37,916 nt of DNA, from IMG/VR virus record IMGVR_UViG_2061766007_001353; one strand, 5' to 3'. Shown here piece by piece: positions 26,820 to 37,063 of the stretch. The notes under the pieces are model-generated. The model saw nothing but the letters and a program-made list of their open reading frames with translations. It was not told where the DNA came from and did no database searches. Every line of letters starts with the position of its first letter. Within the stretch, counting starts at the first letter, position 1. The translations under genes and the position numbers were made by a program. Source of the DNA: an uncultured virus (IMG/VR IMGVR_UViG_2061766007_001353) (lineage: Duplodnaviria > Heunggongvirae > Uroviricota > Caudoviricetes).

Positions 26820-27065
26820 CTAGTACACTATCTTACATATACTCCTTGTAGTCAAAACTACTTTACTGTTACTGTCATATAATGTATAACTCGTTGTCTT
26901 TGAACCATGCCTTATACAAAGTTTATATATGTTCGATTTACTATCTAACATGTCCCAAATTTCTAAACCCATGTCTGACGTATCTTTAGAATTATCAACA
27001 CCAACTTTATAATAGGTCTTACCTTTGATTCTATAACGTACTAGTTTCTTTTTATCAATTTCCAT
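26820..27065 (-). CDS. Hypothetical protein
   Basis: GGAG RBS before MEIDKK. Confidence 0.55.
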   Translation of the reverse strand: MEIDKKKLVRYRIKGKTYYKVGVDNSKDTSDMGLEIWDMLDSKSNIYKLCIRHGSKTTSYTLYDSNSKVVLTTRSICKIVY

Positions 27066-27146
27066 ATGAACTCCGTTCTTCTGTCGTCTACTCATGCCGA
27101 TATTATCATGAAAACTTTTAGTTGTAAAGTTCCAATTTTCGATCCA

Positions 27147-27428
27147 CTACATTGTTACGTATTCTCTTGTAAGAACTTCTAAAACCTTATCCCTATCAAT
27201 AGAATTATATACTTGACCAAGCAAACCTACAACTGCTTCATTAAAGTTATTTCCTATACTTAGAAATTGCCCGCTACCGCACTCTATTACTGCAATAGGT
27301 TGTACTGTTACAGATATATCTACAAATTTCTGTTTAATCAGTATAAACAAATCCATTACTTGGCTATCTGTTAGTTGTGTTAGATTAACATTATACAATT
27401 CATTTATTCTACTAAATTTATTTTTCAT
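27147..27428 (-). CDS. Hypothetical protein
   Basis: TAATG overlap; 93 aa. Confidence 0.55.
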   Translation of the reverse strand: MKNKFSRINELYNVNLTQLTDSQVMDLFILIKQKFVDISVTVQPIAVIECGSGQFLSIGNNFNEAVVGLLGQVYNSIDRDKVLEVLTREYVTM

Positions 27429-27799
27429 TACTCGCCCACCTTCCTGAACTTACCTGTATACTTGTCGTCTTCTATTATCTCCTGAAATTTACCAAGTATT
27501 AAACCACTCTCATCTCTAATACCCTTCTTATATTGATCTGTGACATGTGCGTCAATAATTTCCCTAAAAGGTACTTTTACACCGTCTATAGTAGTTTTGA
27601 TCTTTTCTAATGCTTCTTTCCTCGTATTAGTCTTTTCAAATATAGCACTTGCACCAGTCGTAACTTCATAGACGTTCCAACCTCTGTATTCTTTCACTAT
27701 TATGAAATTAACGTCTTTATAAGTTTCTATTTTACTCAACACCTCAGAAACTGTAATTGTACTCATATAGTAATCTACTATTCTTATTGTATCTTTCAT
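27428..27799 (-). CDS. Hypothetical protein
   Basis: GGAG RBS before MKDTIR. Confidence 0.55.
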   Translation of the reverse strand: MKDTIRIVDYYMSTITVSEVLSKIETYKDVNFIIVKEYRGWNVYEVTTGASAIFEKTNTRKEALEKIKTTIDGVKVPFREIIDAHVTDQYKKGIRDESGLILGKFQEIIEDDKYTGKFRKVGE

Positions 27800-27841
27800 A
27801 TTTATTTCTCCAGTCTGTAATAAAGTCATTATATCATAACA

Positions 27842-28222
27842 TTAAGGTAATGTAAATCTGAATGGTACTTGTATTATTTGAATTAATTGTTTTTCTAATT
27901 CTTCTAGTTCATCTGTATTAATTATAATACTTGATTTTAGATAACTACCTTCTCTTACAGATACCTTTAGTTTATTAAACATTAATGTATTTATCATATG
28001 ACTAACGTCAACGTATTGCTTTACATCTTGGCTAAATACAAAGAATTTCACATGCATTACATTAACATTCTTACGAGTGTCATAAGAATCCTTTAATATA
28101 CTGTACCATACTTGTGAACCATTTTCTATTACTAAATTACGGAAACTAAGTATAGCGTCGTCTCTCATTTGTCTTTTAGCTTGTTGTGCTGCTGCGTTAT
28201 TATCTTTTTGATAAGTTATATA
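27842..28222 (-). CDS. Hypothetical protein (5' end in gap)
   Basis: Open frame from the gap to the stop. Confidence 0.5.
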   Translation of the reverse strand, partial: YITYQKDNNAAAQQAKRQMRDDAILSFRNLVIENGSQVWYSILKDSYDTRKNVNVMHVKFFVFSQDVKQYVDVSHMINTLMFNKLKVSVREGSYLKSSIIINTDELEELEKQLIQIIQVPFRFTLP

Positions 28223-28232
28223 NNNNNNNNNN

Positions 28233-28439
28233 TAATTCTTCAATGTAAGCATTCTCCGCTTGCCTGTATAAATCCGCCAAAGTGTGTCCGTTAATTTCTT
28301 CTAAAGTGTCGTCAAGTTCATTTTCTGTTAGATAACTATAAGACATTAAAAAATCATCATAGGCTTGCATGTTATCTTCTGACATAATTGCCTCTAACAA
28401 ATCAATCATTTTTTCTAAATCTTTTATAAATGTTGCCAT
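28233..28439 (-). CDS. Hypothetical acidic protein
   Basis: GAGGT RBS; ends at or near the gap. Confidence 0.5.
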
Positions 28440-28589
28440 GTTTTTACCTCACTTTTTTANNNNNNNNNNNNNNNNNNNNNNNNNNNNNNNNNNNNNNNNN
28501 NNNNNNNNNNNNNNNNNNNNNNNNNNNNNNNNNNNNNNNNNNNNNNNNNNNNNNNNNNNNNNTTGCCACCTTTTAATTACAAATGTCTT

Positions 28590-28841
28590 TTATTTTCTAT
28601 TTAACTTAACTATAAACACTTGTCCACAATCTCCACAAGTAACTATATTATACCCTAAACTTATTAGCTCTTCTTGTAATTTTGCTTGCTCATTCATAGC
28701 TTTTGTATTACTACTATCTGTATAAAATAAATCAGGCATATCACAGTCTTTCCCTATAAAACCACAATGAGGGCATGTTACTAGATCTTCATTATTTTCT
28801 ATTATAGTATTTTTAACTTTACAAGTAAATAAGTCTTGCAT
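28590..28841 (-). CDS. Hypothetical Zn-ribbon protein
   Basis: CPHCG...CGDCG; AGGAG RBS. Confidence 0.6.
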   Translation of the reverse strand: MQDLFTCKVKNTIIENNEDLVTCPHCGFIGKDCDMPDLFYTDSSNTKAMNEQAKLQEELISLGYNIVTCGDCGQVFIVKLNRK

Positions 28842-28878
28842 AATTAGTTCTCCTTTTATTATTTGTATNNNNNNNNNN

Positions 28879-29037
28879 GGCACTTATAGCCTTGTATAAC
28901 ATAATTAGCAAGCCACCAACAACGAAAGTTGCTAAGCCAAATATCCCTGTTATCATACCAGCACCACTTCTATTTGCTGATATATTCATGTTTTGGAATA
29001 ATACCTTACATAATTCTTGTTCATAATCTCTTGCCAT
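28879..29037 (-). CDS. Small membrane protein (3' end in gap)
   Basis: GAGGT RBS; TM segment; first gene after promoter module A. Confidence 0.5.
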
Positions 29038-29059
29038 ATAAATACCTCTTTTTAAATTA

Positions 29060-29137
29060 CTGCTTACATGTATTATATTCCACATATTTACATGTTTATA
29101 ACATTTTTAATATTATTCTGTTACAAAAGTTTACACT
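29060..29137 (-). promoter_or_regulatory. Repeated promoter module, copy A
   Basis: TATATTCCAC..ATGTTTATAACA (29074-29103), 16-nt spacer, GTTACAAA-AG-TTTACACT (29120-29137). Confidence 0.8.
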
Positions 29138-29689
29138 TGTTTCATTTCTTCTATAACTTGATTTAACTTTTCTTCAACCTCTGACAAAGTTTCCAATATA
29201 CGTACAGTGTACCCTGTATACTCTTTGTCTGTACCTATTTCATTAACTCTACTATTTATATTCTTAAAAGTATATGTAATTTGTGATATACTATTAGCTT
29301 TATGTTCTACAACTTGCATATTGTCTATATCTACTCTTGTAACTAACTTAGCTAACTCTTGCTTTGCTACTTCAAATAAGTTAAGTATTTGTGCTTGTTT
29401 CTTTAATACTGATCCGTCTTTAACTTGCTCTCTTACTTTATTAGCCTTAAACTCGTCNNNNNNNNNNTATTTCATTAACTCTATTATTTATATTCTTAAA
29501 AGTATATGTAATTTGTGATATACTATCAGCTTTGTGTTTTACAACTTGCATACTGTCTATGTCTACTCTTGTAACTAACTTAGCCAACTCTTGCTTTGCT
29601 ACTTCAAATAGGTTGAGTATTTGTGCTTGTTTCTTTAACACTGATCCGTCTTTAACTTGCTCTCTTACTTTATTAGCCTTAAACTCGTC
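29131..29689 (-). CDS. Hypothetical helical protein (partial; two haplotype copies across gaps)
   Basis: About 220 nt is present twice, differing only by transitions. Confidence 0.5.
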
Positions 29690-29825
29690 NNNNNNNNNNA
29701 CCATGACCATGTACTTTGAAAGCTAAACTCCTCTCCTGTACTTTGTAATTGTACAAAGAAACTTGATGATTGTACCTTTAAATTTCTCATCTCATCCATA
29801 GACATANNNNNNNNNNCACAAAACA

Positions 29826-29873
29826 TAACAGGTATAACATGCTTTTGTTATACCTGTTACAAATATTTACATT
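29826..29873 (-). promoter_or_regulatory. Hairpin overlapping a partial promoter module, copy D
   Basis: TAACAGGTATAACA/TGTTATACCTGTTA hairpin; TATAACA ends at 29839, then a 16-nt spacer, then GTTACAAA-TA-TTTACATT (29856-29873). Confidence 0.55.
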
Positions 29874-29889
29874 AGTTATTACGTAAATC

Positions 29890-30258
29890 CTATATTTCTT
29901 TAATAATATCTTTTATTACTTTTTTACTGACTTTCTTAGATACTTTACTAGCTTTATCTACTTTTCCAGTTCTAACCTTACTAACACCTTTAATACTAAT
30001 ATTTTGTTTACGTAAAGAACGAACTTTTGTAGCTATCTGACCTCTTGTAGCCCCTAAAGCTAGACCAACATCTTTATAACCTGCACCCTTATTTAACATT
30101 TCTATTAATTTCGTTTCTTTTTCAACATTCCAAAAGTTACTGCCCCTACCACGTTTCAGACCCATTGTTGTATAATTATATGTCGTATTTTCTAAATTTC
30201 TTACACCTTTTAACATCCCTACCCACTGTGTCCATACATTTTTAATTAGTTCTAACAT
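29890..30258 (-). CDS. HTH DNA-binding protein (GcrA N-terminal-like) with Lys-rich tail
   Basis: W..EKE.KL.EM...G.GYKDVG.ALG.TRGQIATKV.SL. Confidence 0.55.
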   Translation of the reverse strand: MLELIKNVWTQWVGMLKGVRNLENTTYNYTTMGLKRGRGSNFWNVEKETKLIEMLNKGAGYKDVGLALGATRGQIATKVRSLRKQNISIKGVSKVRTGKVDKASKVSKKVSKKVIKDIIKEI

Positions 30259-30276
30259 TCTACTTCCTTTCATTCT

Positions 30277-30636
30277 CTAGTAATATTCTCTTTTAGGTGC
30301 CAACCAAGAATAAGTTTTGTTATCTACTTCTTCCCTTTCCGTTGACCTTTCTGCATATGTATCTGCTGAAATACGAATTTCTGAATCGTACAAATCCAAC
30401 ATATTTTCAGCCCATTCTAATTTCTCTAGCTCATTGTCTAAATGTGCCTGTAATCTCGTTTTGCGTCTTGAGTACTCTTCTAACGAACCGTCAAAATTTT
30501 CTTCAAGATCCTTTAATAAGTCTTTAATTCTACTAATTCTAATGTAAATATCTCTGTTGTACTTTTCCTGCTCTTTACCCTCTGACACCACGTCAATTAA
30601 CATCCATGCACGTGTTTCTGGCTTGCCTATCATCAT
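30277..30636 (-). CDS. Hypothetical coiled-coil protein
   Basis: GGAAGGT RBS; 119 aa. Confidence 0.6.
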   Translation of the reverse strand: MMIGKPETRAWMLIDVVSEGKEQEKYNRDIYIRISRIKDLLKDLEENFDGSLEEYSRRKTRLQAHLDNELEKLEWAENMLDLYDSEIRISADTYAERSTEREEVDNKTYSWLAPKREYY

Positions 30637-30923
30637 CTACCTTCCTTTTGCTCCTAATATACCCTACACACTAAATATATTGTCTTTAAAACACTGTAAA
30701 GACTGCCATTATNNNNNNNNNNTGCTAGTTTGTTGAAAGATAACTTTATTTGTATATCACCAACTGAGGTATGNNNNNNNNNNTTCTACCTTCCTTTTGC
30801 TCCTAATATACCTACACACTAAATATATTGTCTTTAAAACACTGTAAAGACTGCCATTATTGCCTGACAAACTTTATAGATAACTGTAACCACTTGCATA
30901 TTATACCTCTCTTTCTGTGTTTG

Positions 30924-31364
30924 TTAATCTTGAAGAATATCTGTAGATTCATTTTCCATGTCTGTTAGGACTTTTCTTTCTACAAGTTTAGGTAAGTGAA
31001 GTTTTAGTCTGCCTAATCCCATTAAGATTTCATGACAATACTTGTTACCACATGTTTTGTGATTACCTCTACTTACTGTGTATTCTTCTCCACAAATAGG
31101 ACAAACTTTAGTTCTACTCTTAGCTTTTGCACGTCTAAGTTTATTCCACTCTGTGATAGTAAGTGTTTTATGTTCTACTACGTCCTCATTGTAATCCGTT
31201 TTTTCTTCCGTAGTATTATTAACTTCTTTTTTAGTTTCTTTGTTCTTCTCTTTTATAATGTCTTTCTTTTCCGCACTAAGAATCTTAGAAAGATTATCTA
31301 CGTTTACTTTACCCAATAACTGTATAAGTTGTTCTAATTCTTCTTTTGAAATTTGTTCACCCAT
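30924..31364 (-). CDS. Zn-finger protein
   Basis: CPICGEEY......KTCGNKYC. Confidence 0.6.
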   Translation of the reverse strand: MGEQISKEELEQLIQLLGKVNVDNLSKILSAEKKDIIKEKNKETKKEVNNTTEEKTDYNEDVVEHKTLTITEWNKLRRAKAKSRTKVCPICGEEYTVSRGNHKTCGNKYCHEILMGLGRLKLHLPKLVERKVLTDMENESTDILQD

Positions 31365-31366
31365 AA

Positions 31367-31807
31367 TTACACTTCCCCCATTTCTTTTAGTAATACACTA
31401 TAAGTTTCACTATCTGTAACTATACTTGCTAATAGCTTTCTTGCAGGAATCTCTCTACCGAGTTCTTCTTCACGTCTTTTTATGTTTCTAGCTATTTGAT
31501 GTTCTGCATCTCTTACTAATTTACATTCAGGGTCATTGCAGTAAACTTGTTTATCATTTACAGCTTTAAATTCTCTACCGCAAGTAGGACAAATTTTTGA
31601 CTTACCCTGTAGTCTGAGTCTAAGTGTTTCTAACGTATATCCGTTTTCTTTAATAATACTATGTGCAGCTTTCTTAGATAATAGTCTTGCTATAGTAGCA
31701 GTATTTCTATCACCTTTATACTGTAAGTTAAATCTACCTTGTGCTATTCTTAACACTGATAAAGCTTCATTTTTAGAAAACCCTTTTAAAATTTCTCCGT
31801 CTGTCAT
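31367..31807 (-). CDS. Zn-finger protein
   Basis: CPTCGREF......VYCNDPEC; GAGGT RBS; first gene after promoter module B. Confidence 0.6.
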   Translation of the reverse strand: MTDGEILKGFSKNEALSVLRIAQGRFNLQYKGDRNTATIARLLSKKAAHSIIKENGYTLETLRLRLQGKSKICPTCGREFKAVNDKQVYCNDPECKLVRDAEHQIARNIKRREEELGREIPARKLLASIVTDSETYSVLLKEMGEV

Positions 31808-31821
31808 ATCTAACCTCTTTT

Positions 31822-31898
31822 CTGTTACATGTTATATATTCCACATTTTTAATGTTTTATAACACATACCAACCCATATCTTTACATTTCTTTACAAT
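31822..31898 (-). promoter_or_regulatory. Repeated promoter module, copy B
   Basis: TATATTCCAC..ATGTTTTATAACA (31835-31864), 16-nt spacer, TTTACATT-TC-TTTACAAT (31881-31898). Confidence 0.8.
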
Positions 31899-31927
31899 AT
31901 CTTTTCTAAAAGATTCTATTACCGTTC

Positions 31928-33094
31928 TCATATACTTGTTGAAATTTGACTTGCACCAAATTTCTCCTCATATAATTGTTTGTAACAGGAACCGTAAGTG
32001 CCTGTGGTAAACCGTTTCAGTATTACTTTGCTTGCATTATTATCTGCATTGTCAGAATAGCCACACTTCCGACAAACAAACAATTCCTGTGATAAACGAT
32101 TCCCCTTTTCTATGTGACCACATTTTGAGCATTCACGAGAAGTATTATATGGTAGTACCGAACGAAAAGTAACACGGTTCTCCTCGCACAGCATTTCTAT
32201 CCTATTTAATACTTGCCTATAACTCAAATTATAGAAAACAGAACGAATGTTTTTAGAGAGTCGCCCTCTCTCTTTCATTTTATACTTCATATTCTTTAAC
32301 TTTTCAACTACTATGAGTTTTACTTCGTCAAAGCCAACTTTCTTTATTTCTCTATTTATGTATTCTCTTATTTCTTCTTTCTTTCGATAGTAGGCTTTGC
32401 TACATCTTTTCTTTCTCTGAAGCTCATATAAGTGTTTTTCAATATCTTCACCTATTACCTCTCCATTAGATAAAGTACCTAACCTTTTCATACCAAAGTC
32501 GAACCCGATAATATCACCATCTTGTTTCTTCTCACCTGTTTCTATTTCAAAAGAGAACATAACATACTTATCTGTTATAGTAACAGACTTTGCTATAATA
32601 CCTTTATTATTCCACTTATTAAACTGCACATGTTTTCTTAAAGGTATGGGAATCTTGTAACCTCTACCTTTATCAGTTCTTAAGCACTTCAAAGTAATAT
32701 TGTAGTCAAAGATAATGGTATTATTTGCAAAACCATATTCTTGAGAGCACTCCGATAATATCATTTTCTTACTATTAAAAGTAGGTCTAAAATACTTCTT
32801 ATCTTTTCTATTTTCTGCATTACTTTTAGCACTTTGTATTGCACTATAAGCCTCTGAAAATGCTTGATTAATTAGTCTTGCTGTTAAAAACGTGTTTGTT
32901 TCCTCAATACAAGACTGTATATATTCTGCTTTACATAAGTCAAATTTCTTCTTTGTAGGTATTTCACTCTCGTATTTTTCTACAAAGTAATTACAAATAC
33001 GAGTATATTCTGCCATAACTTCTTTTAGTTCTGACACCTTACTTTTTGTAAGCCACTTATTAAAATAACATTTACTACTTCTCGTTATTTTCAC
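31928..33094 (-). CDS. tnpB: TnpB-family RNA-guided endonuclease (IS607-associated)
   Basis: GFDFG (RuvC-I), IVVEKL (RuvC-II), TSRECSKCG..CRKCG Zn finger, NADNNASKVI (RuvC-III). Confidence 0.88.
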   Translation of the reverse strand: MKITRSSKCYFNKWLTKSKVSELKEVMAEYTRICNYFVEKYESEIPTKKKFDLCKAEYIQSCIEETNTFLTARLINQAFSEAYSAIQSAKSNAENRKDKKYFRPTFNSKKMILSECSQEYGFANNTIIFDYNITLKCLRTDKGRGYKIPIPLRKHVQFNKWNNKGIIAKSVTITDKYVMFSFEIETGEKKQDGDIIGFDFGMKRLGTLSNGEVIGEDIEKHLYELQRKKRCSKAYYRKKEEIREYINREIKKVGFDEVKLIVVEKLKNMKYKMKERGRLSKNIRSVFYNLSYRQVLNRIEMLCEENRVTFRSVLPYNTSRECSKCGHIEKGNRLSQELFVCRKCGYSDNADNNASKVILKRFTTGTYGSCYKQLYEEKFGASQISTSI

Positions 33095-33411
33095 TATTTT
33101 CTATTCCTACTACTTCTCTTGTCGTATAGTCTTGCTGAAAAACTTGCCATTAGTGAAACTATATCAGACACTAACTCTTCTTCAAAAGTCTTATTCAGTT
33201 CTATATCTATTACTCCAATTTCTACCCATATTATTTCTATATACGTACAACAATTTCTATCCTCCATTTTCTTATATTTGTAAAGAATTAAGATAACTTC
33301 TTCTTTTGTGCCTACTGGTCTTATGTAATGTCTGAAAACTCTACTACTATCTGACATTTTCTTTTTGCACTTAAAACCACTGTCCCACAAAAACTTTTTA
33401 AGTTGCTTCAT
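33094..33411 (-). pseudogene. Truncated or decayed IS607 serine recombinase TnpA
   Basis: C-terminal EEELVSDIVSLMASFSARLY.KRS is typical of IS607 TnpA; the HTH and the YARVS catalytic motif are absent. Confidence 0.65.
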
Positions 33412-33487
33412 TTAAGCACAACCATGCGATTCTTTTTTAACACCATTTTTTAAACCTGACCATTTTTCATATTTTAATAACATTCTT

Positions 33488-33516
33488 ATATTAAACGAAA
33501 CTCTAATTTTTGTCAA
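33488..33516 (-). promoter_or_regulatory. Sigma70-type promoter upstream of the tnpA remnant and tnpB
   Basis: Minus strand TTGACA-17 nt-TAATAT. Confidence 0.55.
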
Positions 33517-33531
33517 GTACTTTGTACAAAT

Positions 33532-33933
33532 CTACCTGTTACCTTGATTATACCAACGTTTAAAGTCTTCCATTGTATCAAACCAAACATTATTTTGTTT
33601 TTGGCATGTCTGAAAATCTGAACTAAATTCTGAAGTTCTTATACGAGAAGGGGTATTACTAAACCCGTATAAATGGTATAAATAACCACCGATACAATAA
33701 TATTTATCTGACTTAAACTCATTATATTTTTTCATGCTCTGAAAGTTCATGCTTGTAGATTCACACATTTGCTGTTCAGTATTATACTTACAGTCTTTTC
33801 TCCAAACTCCGTCAAACCACATTCTTTGATAAGGGTTTCTATAGCTTCCGTCTGTTGAAATAGTTATACCATAACAACTGTTTGCACTTAGTATTATTAT
33901 AGCTACTACTATTAATATTGTTGCTCTTTTCAT
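33532..33933 (-). CDS. Exported protein with signal peptide
   Basis: MKRATILIVVAIIILSANSCYG; GAGGT RBS. Confidence 0.65.
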   Translation of the reverse strand: MKRATILIVVAIIILSANSCYGITISTDGSYRNPYQRMWFDGVWRKDCKYNTEQQMCESTSMNFQSMKKYNEFKSDKYYCIGGYLYHLYGFSNTPSRIRTSEFSSDFQTCQKQNNVWFDTMEDFKRWYNQGNR

Positions 33934-33936
33934 ACT

Positions 33937-34260
33937 TTACCTCTTTGAAAAATCTGCTTTTAATCTTAAAGTTACATATCCATTATAATCCATGTCCATG
34001 CCCTTTTGTACGTCTATGTCTTCCATTAGAACTTTTACATAGGTAAACTCTGCTTTCGCCATTTTATTAAATTTCTCGATTCTCATATTACAAGCTATTC
34101 TACTCTTATTGTCATGCTTATCTAAATAATCTGCAACTGGTAAAACAACATTATAAATGTACGTACTATTACCCTGTTTTACAAAATTTGTAAAGTCTAC
34201 CTTAGTATATTTTAAGAAACTTCTTTTTAATAACTGATTAACTTTATCTTTAAATTCCAT
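33937..34260 (-). CDS. Hypothetical protein
   Basis: AAGGT RBS before MEFKDK. Confidence 0.55.
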   Translation of the reverse strand: MEFKDKVNQLLKRSFLKYTKVDFTNFVKQGNSTYIYNVVLPVADYLDKHDNKSRIACNMRIEKFNKMAKAEFTYVKVLMEDIDVQKGMDMDYNGYVTLRLKADFSKR

Positions 34261-34792
34261 GTTGAATATACCTTTCAAATACATACTTATTAAATCCTAT
34301 TTCCATAGAAAACAATACTAACAATTCTGTCTTATCGTCATCTGATAAGTTTCTCTTATGTTTTATAACTTTCTCAATAACGTCTCTTACAGGTTCTGAT
34401 ACTCTAATTACTTTATCTTTCGTAAAGCATTCTAATAACTCCGCTAGTTTGTTGAAAGATAACTTTATTTGTATATCACCAACTGAGGTATGTGCAAAAA
34501 TACATATAGATTCGTCCTCATCTACATCTTCATCGTCTTCAATACATTCTTTTACTAGGTCGTTCAATATATCCTCTGCAATATCTAATATATCTTTGTG
34601 GTTATAATCACTATCTAAGTAACCAAGTCTTACACGTTCTTCTATTAAGCGATAAGCTCTTTCAAAATTTTCTTCTGTATGTTCTGCACCTAACTCGTCC
34701 ATTATTTCAATAGCTCGTTCTTTTTTATTTTGTATTTTCTTATTAAGAACTTGTGCTAACATATCAGTACTAATAGTGTTTGGTATATTCAT
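34250..34792 (-). CDS. Hypothetical acidic protein
   Basis: AAGGAGG RBS; 180 aa. Confidence 0.7.
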   Translation of the reverse strand: MNIPNTISTDMLAQVLNKKIQNKKERAIEIMDELGAEHTEENFERAYRLIEERVRLGYLDSDYNHKDILDIAEDILNDLVKECIEDDEDVDEDESICIFAHTSVGDIQIKLSFNKLAELLECFTKDKVIRVSEPVRDVIEKVIKHKRNLSDDDKTELLVLFSMEIGFNKYVFERYIQHGI

Positions 34793-34825
34793 TATATTAT
34801 CCTCCTTAAAGTTAATTATAGTTCA

Positions 34826-34861
34826 AATAAAATAGTGTGCAATATGTTCTACTGCACACTA
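34826..34861 (-). terminator. Probable intrinsic terminator
   Basis: TAGTGTGCA/TGCACACTA stem followed by a T-tract on the minus strand. Confidence 0.55.
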
Positions 34862-34885
34862 AGCAGTAATTAAATATGGAAAATT

Positions 34886-35083
34886 TTAGTCAAAATATTG
34901 TGTTAGATCTACGTGTGTTTCTCCAAGAAAATCGTCGTCTGTTATCTCTTCTCTGTCTTCCTCTTTTTTGAAGAGTTCTACAACATAGAAACACCCGTTG
35001 TCTCTTCTAATTCTCATTAATATTTCGTCATTTAGTAATATCTCTTTTTTATCATTAAATGCTAATTCTATTTTTTCTATCAT
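34886..35083 (-). CDS. Hypothetical protein
   Basis: AGGAG RBS; 65 aa. Confidence 0.55.
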   Translation of the reverse strand: MIEKIELAFNDKKEILLNDEILMRIRRDNGCFYVVELFKKEEDREEITDDDFLGETHVDLTQYFD

Positions 35084-35278
35084 GTTATTTTCTCCTGATT
35101 TCTACTATTTTACAAGGTGTAGTAAATTTCTCTCTAACATATACTTTCCAAAGTATTTCTGCGTCTGCTAAATACTTGCAGTTGTTCGTTGTGTAACTAT
35201 ATAACTTATCTTTGTTTTTATAAACTATTTCTACTTGCATTTAATTCTCCTGTTATTTTTCTCCCGATTTCTATTATT

Positions 35279-35716
35279 TTACAAGAATGACATTGAACAA
35301 AAGAACACTAAAGCAGTCCATGCAAGTCCAAGTAAAGCCCAAGGGAAACAGTACATGCACTCTGCAACCTCCTCACATTCACTGAGTTGCTTTTCCCATA
35401 CCTTATTCTGTAAACCATACTGAGCTTCACTACGATATTGTAAGAGGTTATTTACACCCTTATCATTTATAAATTCTTTTTCAGTCATCTCAATAAACTC
35501 TTTTGTATCTTTATTTTTTCTTTTTAAGTCTTTCAAAGAACTTTCCATTTCTTTTATATGACCAATCTTTTCTGATAATTCTTTTCTTAATTCTGTAATT
35601 GATTTTTCTTCAAAAGGTCTATCAGATCTAATTAACTTATTATAATCAATCAAATTTGTTAATAGGTAATCTTGATACTTATTAAACACTTGAAATTTTT
35701 TCTTAGCAAGTTCTTT
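35279..35716 (-). CDS. Coiled-coil protein with C-terminal TM helix (5' part in gap)
   Basis: Open frame from the gap; hydrophobic C-terminus. Confidence 0.5.
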   Translation of the reverse strand, partial: KELAKKKFQVFNKYQDYLLTNLIDYNKLIRSDRPFEEKSITELRKELSEKIGHIKEMESSLKDLKRKNKDTKEFIEMTEKEFINDKGVNNLLQYRSEAQYGLQNKVWEKQLSECEEVAECMYCFPWALLGLAWTALVFFCSMSFL

Positions 35717-36544
35717 NNNNNNNNNNNNNNNNNNNNNNNNNNNNNNNNNNNNNNNNNNNNNNNNNNNNNNNNNNNNNNNNNNNNNNNNNNNNNNNNNNNN
35801 NNNNNNNNNNNNNNNNNNNNNNNNNNNNNNNNNNNNNNNNNNNNNNNNNNNNNNNNNNNNNNNNNNNNNNNNNNNNNNNNNNNNNNNNNNNNNNNNNNNN
35901 NNNNNNNNNNNNNNNNNNNNNNNNNNNNNNNNNNNNNNNNNNNNNNNNNNNNNNNNNNNNNNNNNNNNNNNNNNNNNNNNNNNNNNNNNNNNNNNNNNNN
36001 NNNNNNNNNNNNNNNNNNNNNNNNNNNNNNNNNNNNNNNNNNNNNNNNNNNNNNNNNNNNNNNNNNNNNNNNNNNNNNNNNNNNNNNNNNNNNNNNNNNN
36101 NNNNNNNNNNNNNNNNNNNNNNNNNNNNNNNNNNNNNNNNNNNNNNNNNNNNNNNNNNNNNNNNNNNNNNNNNNNNNNNNNNNNNNNNNNNNNNNNNNNN
36201 NNNNNNNNNNNNNNNNNNNNNNNNNNNNNNNNNNNNNNNNNNNNNNNNNNNNNNNNNNNNNNNNNNNNNNNNNNNNNNNNNNNNNNNNNNNNNNNNNNNN
36301 NNNNNNNNNNNNNNNNNNNNNNNNNNNNNNNNNNNNNNNNNNNNNNNNNNNNNNNNNNNNNNNNNNNNNNNNNNNNNNNNNNNNNNNNNNNNNNNNNNNN
36401 NNNNNNNNNNNNNNNNNNNNNNNNNNNNNNNNNNNNNNNNNNNNNNNNNNNNNNNNNNNNNNNNNNNNNNNNNNNNNNNNNNNNNNNNNNNNNNNNNNNN
36501 NNNNNNNNNNNNNNNNNNNNNNNNNNNNNNNNNNNNNNNNNNNN

Positions 36545-37052
36545 CTCTTTTGACATTACCAAAAAGTCGTCCATTACATCTTCATTATCTAAAAATGTCT
36601 TTTGCTTATTTGAAGAATTTAGTTTCTCAGGAATAGCAACTGCGTATGTACTATTAACTCTACTTTTATTAGTAGTGTTAATACTTACACTGTCATCAAT
36701 TTTAGAGAACCCTTGTACGTGATTATACTCACAGTATACAAACCCCTTTTCACTCATATAGTCTTTTATATTTTTTCNNNNNNNNNNGCTCACAGTATAC
36801 AAACCCCTTTTCACTCATATAGTCTTTTATATTTTTTCGTACTACTTCGGGAACCATGTACATATCAAACTCTTTAAATAAATTTACACGTCCTGTATCA
36901 TCTGTAAATTTCTCTACATTTAGTTTTAATTTGAAATCCTCAAGAAAATGTTGTACATAACTTTCGTTCTGCATACATCTCTCTATGTGATTCTTTTCCC
37001 AAGAATCACCTTCTTTAAATATATTCTTAAATTCTCCGAAAATTTCATGCAT
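36545..37052 (-). CDS. Hypothetical protein (one gene split by an overlap gap; 3' end in gap)
   Basis: KNIKDYMSEKGFVYCE occurs on both sides of the 10-N gap; GGAG RBS. Confidence 0.55.
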
Positions 37053-37063
37053 TTATAGTTCTC

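Larger units (their letters stand above)
31922..33411 (-). mobile_element. Degenerate IS607-family element (tnpA remnant plus tnpB); left end unresolved
   Basis: TnpA C-terminus coupled to tnpB by TAGTG; putative right end ..GAGAACGG at 31922. Confidence 0.6.

Noticed and set aside
29236..29689. Tandem 220-nt duplication read as a repeat protein
   Set aside because: Both copies end at the same base before 10-N gaps and differ only by transitions, consistent with two haplotypes.
30636..30860. Repeat flanking two gaps (also 36728-36836)
   Set aside because: Overlap duplication at gap edges.
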